From Iphione sp. A-MEVVRFRX5 (taxonomy: Eukaryota), in NCBI GenBank assembly GCA_976226885.1, contig OZ320322.1, forward strand, positions 28,582,001 through 28,646,000: 64,000 bases of DNA, read 5' to 3'. The notes under the pieces were generated by a model, which saw only the letters and a list, made by a program, of their open reading frames with translations, ran no database searches and had not been told where the DNA came from. The position numbers and the translations under genes are program-made. Positions 12,601 to 23,800 of this stretch are shown in pieces. How positions within the stretch are numbered: the first letter of the stretch is position 1; the number at the start of each line of letters is the position of its first letter.

Positions 12601-15600
12601 ACTGGTCTTTATATACTTTACATTGTATTATTATTTTCTATAAATGTGATCAGATCTTAGAGTTTGTAGTAGTATTATTGCCTATGAATATGTTTTATTG
12701 AAAGTAATGCAGTATTTTAAATACTTCTTAAATGACCGTTTTCATTTTGAAGGAGACCTATACTCCCTGAAGCCAACACTTTTCAACATTTAGTGTGTAA
12801 TTTCTTATTGAATTCTTTGTGGAGAATTTGAGGACCTGTTAGGGTTTTTTTTCAACTATAGGTATTACTCTAACATATATTTTGTATACTTCTGAAGGGA
12901 AAACCTTGATTAAGAATATAACCTATACACTCTATAGTAAGCTGTTCTCAATATATAGTAGGTTATCTTATACTGATTTCTTTTGTGCAGAATCCAAGAA
13001 GCTGTTTTGTACAATCATAAGTCTTACTCTATGTTGCTTTGATAATTACTCTTTAATGATTTTGTAATCATATAAATGAATGAAGACTCTGAACTGTATA
13101 ACATTTTATTAATATGAACAGTATATCTGGGACTGGTCTTCCTGGCACTATAGCAACTTATCGCTGCAATGCTGGCTTCACCCTTCAAGGCAGTATCACA
13201 AGAATTTGTGGTGCCAATGGTGTCTATGATGGCCAGATGCCACGATGCCTTCGTAGGTTTCTGCATGATTTAGTATTCCTTCATTTCATTAGTAGTATTA
13301 ATACTCTTTCTCAATAAGAGCAAAGTGTATTATTTTTATGTTATTTGCTTAAAAGTAGATATACTAAGTAATTTATAATGTCTGGTCATGCCCTTTTACA
13401 GTTGTTGCTGCAAGAGATTAGCTGGCATTATATTTTAGAAATTGAAAACTTATCATTGATGTATAGAGCTGGCAGTATGTACAAATATTTCATCAGTTTC
13501 ACAGTATCTTGAAATTTGAAATTCTGTTTTACAGAAATTAACTGTCCTCCACCCAATGCTCCTCTGAATGGTGTGGTTGAGTAAGTTTGACAGGTTTAGA
13601 TGTGTATAGAGTCAAGGCTTTTGTCATTACTGAGAATAAAATGCCATAACTGCATAGCTGATAAAGTCATACTATTGAAAACTAATCTGTATTGTCATTG
13701 CCTTTAATCCACAAGGCAATTTGGCTTATCCAACCTTATTTTCACAAAGGTATCATCATCTTGAGTGAACATCTGTGAGTTTGCTTGCAAATTTCAGTAT
13801 TGTTCACTCAGGCTCCAGGTAACTTTTCCTATAGACTATCAATGTTCTTGATTTTGGTATCTTCATGATCATATACATAAATTGAATCTCATATCATTAC
13901 TTTAGTTTACATCAAGAAGTTCTGTTTCCCTCCATGCGATGTAAATTACTAATGCCACATTATCCTTGGTACCTCTGCACACGCTTATTTCATAGTTCTA
14001 CAGTAGTTCTGCATAACTGTGCAAGGATATCTATTATTCAGAATATAACCATTCTATATAATATAAACAATATCATTATATGAGGATGTTTTATGCAATA
14101 CTGATTGGTTTTAATAATTGAAAGAATTTGAGCCTTTCTTTCATCTATAGATACATCATGTGAGATTACTTCATGACATATAGCTTGTATCTTTTTGTAT
14201 TTACCTTACAGAATTTCTGTAAATTGATAAGAATTATCAACTATTTTGCATTCTATTGATATGAACAGAGTTTTGGGGAATAATCTCCCTGGCACAGCGG
14301 CAGTTTACAGCTGCAATACTGGCTTCACTCTGCTAGGAAATGCAAAAAGAATTTGTGGGCCCAATAGTGTTTATGGTGGCCAGATACCACAGTGCCGTCC
14401 TATATCTACTGGTGATAAAATATTCTTCAATACAAATCTCAATATGTAAAATTCCTCTTGATGAGACTAAATCTTTCAATGTTGTCATGTAGGAGAAATT
14501 ATCAGTGATTACTTATACAAAGACATTCTTTTCTCAAGTCATTCTTGCAAGAGATTAACACATATTAATCTATAAAAGAAATCATTTCCTAGTTTTAAAG
14601 CAGATGCAATGGTTAATGTTTACCAATACTGAACTTGTCCTTCAGTACTTTGAAATGTTAACTTATGTTTTACAGCAATTAACTGTCCTCGACCCAATCC
14701 TCCTGAAAATGGTATTGTTGAGTAAGTTTGGCAGTGTTTAGTTATGTCTTTCAATGTAAAGTTCTAAATATAAAAACAAATTTTTCTTGAATTAGAGGGT
14801 AACATTATTCTGATTTACAATGCAAAAAGATGTTCCATTTTGAAACCATTATCTACAATACACTTGCCTCAATTAAAAAATGTCTCTTTGACCTTTCCCA
14901 AGATATAAATATATATATAAGGATCATCTTTTTACTTTCAAAACATTAATATCATTGCTCACATTTTCTTACTGTTAACTATGACTCCTAAGATGAATCA
15001 ATGAAAATATTTGCTGGATCAGTGTGAAAGTTTTTTTATTATGAAATCTCCCTCCTGTATGAAGATCTGTAACAAAGATGATCTCTGTAAAAGCTCAGTA
15101 CCTCATTTACAACTTTCAACATATCACAGGTTTGAAAATAACATTTGAAAGACAGGAGGAAAATAAGATTTGTGTCCTTGCTGATTAAAATAGTAATATA
15201 TACTACACGACCTTATAAAACATGCTCATTTATTCAACCCAATTGACTACTCTGACTATAAGTGCCACTATTACTCAGTGATTACTTATATACTACAGTA
15301 TTATCTATCTTCATTATTACTAACATGGTATGTGTCTAAGTATTGCTACTTGAAGATAAAAGTACCTAGGATTATCATCAATTCTTTATCCTCTGACTTG
15401 AACATTCAAGTCATGCATTGGTAATGATCTCAGTACAGAGTTTCACTGAAACTCATTTTCATAGATTTGGGGAGAGGCAGACAATTTCTATGTATTTAGT
15501 TGAGAACTATTATGCTGATATATTATGGAACTTGTCAGGGAAACTGGTCTTTATATACTTTATATTGTGTTATTATTTCTATAAATATGATCATATCTTA

Positions 15601-17816
15601 GAGTTTGTAGTAGTATTACTACCTATGAATATGTTTTATTGAAAGTAATGTTGTATTTTATATACTTTTTAACTGACCGTTTTCATTTTGAAGGAGACCT
15701 ATACTCCCTGAAGCCAACACTTTTCAACATTTAGTGTGTAATTTCTTATTGAATTCTTTGTGGAGAATTTGAGGACCTGTTAGGGTTTTTTTTTCAACTA
15801 TAGGTATTACTCTAACATATATTTTGTATATTTCTGAATGGAAAACCTTTATTAAGGATATTACCTGTACACTCTATAGTAAGCTGTTCTCAATATATAG
15901 TAGGTTCTCTTATACTGATTCCTTTTGTGCAGAATCCAAGAAGCTGTTTTGTACAATCATAGGTCTTACTCTAAGTTGCTTTGATGATAATTATTACTCT
16001 CAATGATTTTGTAATCATATGAAAGAATGAAGTCTTTGAGCTGGTCGATAATCACTTCTTCATGGTTTTTTAATCATATTAATGAATATAGATTCTGAAC
16101 TGTATAACATTTCATTAATATAAACAGTGTACCTGGGAGTGGTCTTCCTGGCACTATAGCAACTTTCCGCTGCAATGCTGGCTTCACCCTTCGAGGCAGT
16201 ATCACAAGAAATTGTGGTGCCAATGGTGTATATGATGGCCAGACACCACAATGCCTTCGTAGGTTTCTGAATATTTTATTATTCCTTCATTCCATTAGTA
16301 ATATTTGGATCCTTGCACAGTAAAGGCCAAATGTATTATTTGCTTCTCATTTACTTTCATGTAGAAATGGTACATAATTAGTAATGTATCTTTTCGATAT
16401 CATCGATCTTGTAAGACATAAGAAGTTCTTATATTATAAAAATGGAGAGCTACTCTTGTTGCAAAGAACATGAAAGAAGTAAAAGTATCTTAGAGGTTTT
16501 ATAAAAGTATCTCATAGGTTTTATCCCCCTTGAAATTTTCATTTTTGGTTTACAGAGTTACCTACAGCAATTAACTGTCCTCCTCCCAATGCTCCTCTGA
16601 ATGGTTATGTTCAGTAAGTCTGACAAGTTTGGTTACATCTAGAGCTAAGGCTTCTGTTTGAATTTCAGAGCAGTAATACTACACATTTTAGAATAACCAT
16701 CTATTTTCCTCTTGAGTCATATTTTCAAAAGTATTTGCATCAATGTTTTAGGACAATCTAGCTTCTTCCATGATATTTATGAATACGAGCCTGTTGCTTC
16801 TGAACCTTCATGACCCTGCTAGCAGATTTCATTGTTTTTATTGTGAGTCCTAGAACCAGTCCAGAGCACTAATAATGTTAGAGAAATTAGGACAAATCTT
16901 TGTACCAAATGCGGTATTGGTACACTGATATACTATCCAACTTGTCCCGGCATGCTGGTCTGTTGACCCTTCATGTTCTTCCTTGTCCTTGCTATACTGA
17001 TCATTCGTAGCTATTGATATGGTGCACTATCAAAATGGTCAGTTTCAAACTATTTCTGCATATTTGGGGCTGAAATGCTTATGATTAACCCATAAATAAA
17101 GCACGTAGATGATGTATCAGCCTTGCTGATTGTGCATTCACTATATCCCGTGTCTCCCAGTATTCATATGTCAAGAGAAAAGCACACATCAATATTCCTC
17201 CTCTACAATATCCATTTGTCTATGTGTTTTGTACTGCTTTTTTTGAAAACATAAGTTCTCATTTCATACTAATTAATTTTCAATATGATTCAAAGTTGTT
17301 AGTTTTTTTTTCTTCATAAACACATGTCTCTCAGCTGATAATTGTATCGCGGAGCTACTATAAAATGATGTGGTTTCGTAATTTAATTAACTTTTATTTT
17401 TACGGACAGAGTAACTGGGACTGGTGCTCCAAACACTGTAGCAGATTACTTTTGTAGTGCTGGTTTCATGCTGCAAGGCACTGATTGGAGAATTTGTGGC
17501 CCGAATGGTGTTTATAGTGGCCAAATGCCACAGTGCCTTCGTAGGTTAATCCATAATTCATCTTCTATTTGTTCTATCTACAAAGCTTTTCCGTGTGTAT
17601 GAAATTAATATTCTTAGCATAGGTGAAATCCAGAGATCATGATATCTAATGACTAATAAGAAAGAATCTTCTCAAGTTCTTTGCAAAAAATAACCTTGAG
17701 CTAGTAAAGAGAGACTAATGTGTAGCATATTTTTGTTTACCTCCTTGAGATGATAATTTGTATTTTACAGCAAGTAACTGTTCTTCACCAAATGCTCCTC
17801 AAAATGGTTTTGTTAC
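1402..17816 (+). CDS. Sushi array A: 10 long exons (131/143 nt, phase 2-1) and 10 short exons (46 nt, phase 1-2)
   Basis: Spliced unit reads LNCPPPIAPLNGFVQVSGSGLPGTIATYRCRAGFSLQGLATRTCGANGVYSGQIPQCL, a four-Cys CCP pattern (C-P..NG..C..GF.L.G...C...G.Y....P.C). All splice sites are AG/GT. Confidence 0.92.
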
Positions 17817-20800
17817 GTAAGTTTATCAAAGATTGGTTATACAGAGCTCAGGCTTTTGCTTCAATTTGAGAGCAATTCTGCTCTTGATTGCACTGTGAGG
17901 AGGTTTTCTACTCTTGAATCCTGTTATGCCATGTACTTGCCTCATCCTTAATGAAAATTATTCTGCTTCTTTTTCAATGGAAACTCTATAGGATTTTTCA
18001 GTGGCTTTCACCTGTTATGCAGTATTATTTGCATATTCTGTATGAAAAGATACCAGTATAACTTATACTTTATAACAAATTTGATAAAGGATAAGATAAC
18101 ACATCGATCGTCACATCGACCAAGGCGGCTTTATACAGTACAGCCGGGATGACAAGTAAAAAGATTTACCGGAGAAAATAAGATTCACAGGGATTTATGA
18201 TATACATATGTTAATAATGTTGTCACTACCTACAGACCCAAACATGCATATTTACATTTACCGAAATAGCTCACAGTGTCAATAATGTATCCACAAATAT
18301 ACTCTGGCTGGTAAGTCACTGTGGAAACCGAGATACCTTCCTAAGTGCCTCATTCTTTTTCTTTGATACCGTATTTGCACCTACTCAGTTAAAAAGTAAT
18401 ACACTTCGGGAATAATAATACTCTGGTTTTGTAAAACAGCTCCTATGTAGCAACCAGCAAGACAGCTTCCGGTTTCGTACCAGTTTCGTCTATGGATAAG
18501 GGCGTTGGGTACAACAGTTTGCAATAATCCATCATCATTCCAAAAGATATTAGCCTGGTCTGTGCACGATCTGTTGGTCAAAAGTTAAATTTCCTTCCGT
18601 TTACTGGGCTCTCCATGTGTTTAAACAGAGAAGCCATAGTAGAAGCATTGATTGCATTAGTGTTATTCTTATGGCTAGTTAGGGCGAAACGCGTGGATTG
18701 CAAGTGATTTATATGAGGTTGATATGATGAATTTTTGATGTTGTTGAATATGTGACTAGCATGCTCCAGTACTTATTGCTGCTCTACTAAAAAGGAATAT
18801 CTTTATCTTTTCCTTAGCGCTGCGCTTTCAGCGAAGTTTTGAGAGTTGCCTACTTAGTGGGGGATTGCATTTTGTGGTTCAGAAGTATATCTTGAAGGTG
18901 GTATCCATCGTGGCCACTAGCATAGACCTGATTTGACCGCTCAGTGGGCTAATCCTAGAGAAAAGTTGGGAGACAGAGACCCCATTGGATGTTGAGCCTC
19001 CTGTTCAACCTCACCACCCGCGGGTGAAGGGGTTGTCCATCCTATGCTTGCAGCTTTCTTTGCTGGGCCGTAAGGTGCTGCCATGGGAAATGGGAGATCA
19101 TATCAAAGTCATCTTAAAATCTAAGCTTACTGATACACTGGACAAAACATGTGAGTTCAGTTGGCTACTCCACAACCGTGTATGGTGGTCCTTGTATGCC
19201 TTCTGACGTATCTCGCATATGTCTCTGACCCTTCAGTCATAGCCATCCAAAAAGAATGTAGTACCCGCCCTCATTTACCAGATCACTGGTTAACCTTGTA
19301 ATGTAAGAAGCACAATTATAGAACCTTTTCATCGTTGTAACCGATCCCCTGCCGTGATTTGTTTGTATTTAAATTAGACAGATAGAATTATCCTTTGAGT
19401 AGAACCACCAATAATAGTACTTTTCAAACAACTAACAAACCTTTCATCGACAAAATTACATTAACATGAAAAACGTACCTAATGGGTATTTTTAGGGAAG
19501 TAGGGCAGTAAGAATATATCTTATACTTCAAGATCGGTTTACGATGGAATTTATTATTTTTCAACATTCAAATTACTATGGCAAAGAAGAATAGAGCCCT
19601 CCATCGGTTGATATTTCTTTATTTCACGTGTTTTTACTGCTCGTTTATCTACATGCCCCAGTTTCCACATCAACATCTCTAGGGTAATATATGTATGTAC
19701 TATTAGTAGATATTAATATACGATCATAATGTACATGTTAAATGATTTAGTGTGCATTTTCATAGCTAACTGTACAATAATATATGTGGATGTATGTGTA
19801 CAGTAGAAACTCGACAATACGACCACCTTAGGGACTGGGCTGATTTGCCTACAACTGCACGTTGTTCGCTTTTCTGAAATGGCTTAGAAGAGGGTCAAAC
19901 CTAAAAACATAATCCGTTTCTCCCTCTCTCTCTATGAATAAATATAAATGCACATGTAATTGTTTAGTAGGGGTGGAAACACGAAAAGATAATCCCCTTC
20001 TACCTCACTATCTACGAATAAAGGGTTGTTGAGAGAGACCATGACCGGGCGTAATTCACTAATCCACGCCGGGGAGTGTTTGTAGAGGGTTTGGAGATGT
20101 CCCCACACTTGCAGGAGCCTAGACAACCATTTAAATCACTAATCCACGCCCGGGAGAGTTAGTAGAGGGTTCGCTGATGTTCCCACGCCTGCATGATGCC
20201 CAATACTATCAAACAGACCATGAAAACGTGTTGGTAGAGGGCTAGTCGATGTCTCCACACCTGCAGGAGACCAGATATATTGTATTTTAAGCGTAATTCA
20301 CTCATCCAAGGCCGGCAGTGTTTGTAGAGGTTTCGCCGATGTCTCCACACCTGCAGGAGGCCTGACTATCAAACAGACCACGACGGAGAGTGTTAGTGGG
20401 GGGTTTGCCGATGTCCCCACGCCTGCAGGAGCCTAATACTATCAAGCAGACCGTGAAAATGGCAGAATATATCATATTTCTGGGTTAAATGGTTATTTAC
20501 CTATGTGGTCTTAGGGTGAGTCGCCCGTAAACCTATGTTGCCCGCCATTGCTCACGCTACTAAATAATAAGAATGAAGAGGACGAAGATTTGGAGGATTT
20601 TTAATTCTCTCACCACAATAATTAGGCGATAAAATCGACATAAAATTATTCATGCGCCAAGGTATAAGTTGTATACAATAAAAATACATAGAGTAAATAT
20701 AAAACAGTAAAAAAGGGTGGGAGTGGTGGGAAGCGAGGCGAAGGCGACTGAGGACGTGTGGCGGGCACGGGCCCTTTTATATGGTACAAAGGGGTGGCGT

Positions 20801-23800
20801 GATTTGTATTTTTAGCAACAGTCGTCGCAATGCCCTGCCATGTATCACATGCCCCAATCATTGCCCACACTACTAAATAATAAGAATGAAGAGGACGAAG
20901 ATTTGGAGGATTTTTAATTCTCTCACCACAATAATTAGGCGATAAAATCGACATAAAATTATTCATGCGCCAAGGGTGAGAGAATCAAGCATCCGACAGA
21001 GTATGCCCCAAGATCCGCGCCACCTGCTTCCCACGCTCAGTGTGTACATAATTGTAATAAGCATTGGAAGACCAATTGCCATAGGACTGAATAAAAGAAT
21101 CATCACAGCCTTGCTGGTGGGCGACCGTGGCGCCGGTCCGTCTTAAGCTATGCAACGTATATGCGTAAGAGGCAAGGCCGAGGCTATGAACAACGTCTTT
21201 AAACCTGTTTGCAAGGAACTGGGCCGTAACCGGACTTTTGTCGTGTGGATTTACCAATACCGGCTGCCCTTGCATAAATGTGGGTGAAAAGGCTAAAATG
21301 TCTGAATACGCATGAACTGCACATAAATGAGGGTCATCAGCCGCCGGGACGACGACGACCCGAGATGAGTCGAAGCGCTGCATGGTCTTGGACCATTTCT
21401 GTTGTATACGCAACGTAGCGTTCTCGATGACGATGTCGTCTCTGGTGAGGTGCCGACGAGGATCAAATTGGGCTGCAACACGAGGAGCCAATTCGGACTG
21501 TCAGAAGCCGGTGTAGAACAGGAACAGGATGGCGAACCGGAGGAGGAGCCCGTCAGGCAAGCCGATGACATGATAGACGATACACTTGAGCACCGTCGGT
21601 TCAATCGGAGGCCGTTGATGGACTGTATGCTGTCGTAGTCGTCGGGCGGCTTGTAACGCAAGGCAGACCGGTCGTGCATCAAATTCCGACGTTCCCATGC
21701 CGCGGTCGCGTAGAAACTCCCGCACCGCGGAGATAGAGTTGGACACGGAAGCAGGAGATCGGAGCCACGAGGTGAGGTATGTCACGTACATGACGGCCTG
21801 CATGGTAGATGGCGCAAGGGGATCCACACCAAGCCTATGGCAGAAGGCAAGGTATGAGGTAGCGGCCGCCCGCCGGTTCTCCATTGTACCAGGAGCCCTA
21901 GCGCGGGAAACCAGGCTGACAGATCTGGCCGCCAACTCCCTCGCAAGCGGATCTGAAGCAAATAGAAATTACACATCAAGATCGAAGTTAAGAAGCGCGA
22001 AGTCCGGGACAATCCGGGACATCGCAGCCGGGGCGATGAAGTCTTGGGCGATGAACTGGTACTTGGGGGCCATGTGCCACCTGGAGAGGGCGTCGGCGAA
22101 TTCCATCCGCGAGCCTGGCACATGCTCGAACCGAAGGACGAACCCGTACCGCGCCTGGTGTAGCCACAGCCTCCGAGCACACGCGAGGAGCACAGGATCG
22201 CGGCCTTTCCCGGTCGAAAAGACTTGGACAGCCGGCAAGTTATTGCAGCACACCCTGACCACTGTCCCCGTCTCGCCATCCCCGACCATCACACACACAG
22301 CAAGCATCGCGTTCACGGCCTCTATCTGCGAAATATGCATCCCATGCAACACAGCGGGCAGAGGTTCGGCATAGAACAGTTCACCATCCGCGGCCCCAAT
22401 CCCATCCAAACAGGCGTCCACCAGGATGGTCTTAGAGACGCGGTCGGTACCGATGATTTCGACGCCGTTCCATGACGGTAAGAATTTAATGAACCAAAGA
22501 AGGTCCTTCTTACCCTCTTGGCCAAGACGCAGGAAACGGCCACTAGCAGATCGTAGTATCGCCAGCAGCCGACTCACGAACAACCTGCCAGGATGGACGC
22601 ACCGTGAGATGTGGAGAAGTTTTCCAAGGATGCTCTGGAGTTGCTTGCGAGTCAGAGTCCGCGCCTTATGTAGGGATCGGAGTTCCTCGAGGAGGTCTGC
22701 GACTTTCTGCAAGGGAATAGATATCGTCATGTTTGATGTATTAATATCCACCCCAAGCCAGCTTACCCATTGTCCGGGCTCCTGTGTCTTATGCACAGCC
22801 TCCGGGAGGCCGAGTTGGGCGAACAGATCTCTGGTATTTGCGAACGCTCGCCGTGCTTCCGCCTGTCCGTCAGCTGCAACAACCAAGTCGTCCAAATACA
22901 TGAACCCATGAACATTGTATCGACTCAGGATACGTACGATGGCATCGGCCACCCGCTGCATATGATTTGATGAGCAGCGGGCGCCGAATGGAATGCTGGT
23001 ATCCATGTAGTATTTTCCCCCCCACCGAAATAAGAGGAGGGGCCAATCTGACGGACATGTTGGAAAGTTTTTGTAGGCTCTGGCTATGTCGATGGTGAAA
23101 AGATGCGTTTGACGACCGACCGACCTGATGCGGGCCAAGAGAGACTCCAGCGTTGGTAGGGAGTGGTCCCGGGTAATGCCCAGCACCATGTTTTTTGGTA
23201 CAAATGCGTTTATTGACAGCTCAGGTGGAAATGACATGTCAGTAATAATGCGGCGCGATTGTGATTCCCTTTTCGGTCTACTCATGAGGGGAGATATGTG
23301 TGCCCATTGTTTGAATGGGAGAACATCGAAAGGGCCAAACAGTGAGCCGTGTGAGATCTCATTACGTATGTACTCACTGACGTGCTGGAAAGTCTGTCGC
23401 AGATGGGTGGTTCTGGAGGTCCGTAGTATCAGATACCGGGCCATGGTAGCCAATGGGGAAGCCATACTGAAGTAGCTGCAGAAGTTGAGGATCATACTCG
23501 TCTTGTGATAAGTGCCACGCCCATGCCTCTATGTTGAGTGACGAGGGGACGCATACTTGAGCAGACACCAAGTTGGGGTAACCAGAAGAACGTACTGCAT
23601 CATATATAGCCACTAATTCCGAAGAGAGAACAGATGGATCTGACGCAGGCCAGTTATCACGTCGGTACCTTGCCAACTGGTGGACATCACATAGAGCAGC
23701 CATGTCCTGATTCTCATCTTTAGCGCAACATTCCCTTACAGCATTAAAGTCAATATGATGCAGAGTAGTATTTATCATACTCACTACATGGTTGCTAGGG

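Noticed and set aside
20050-20460. CRISPR-like repeat array
   Set aside because: Eukaryotic intron, repeats are long and degenerate, the linkers themselves recur, and there are no cas genes.
21293-23475. Several overlapping ORFs in other frames or on the + strand within the Ngaro element (e.g. 21697-22374, 22426-22911)
   Set aside because: Shadows of GC-rich RT/YR coding sequence with no independent motifs.
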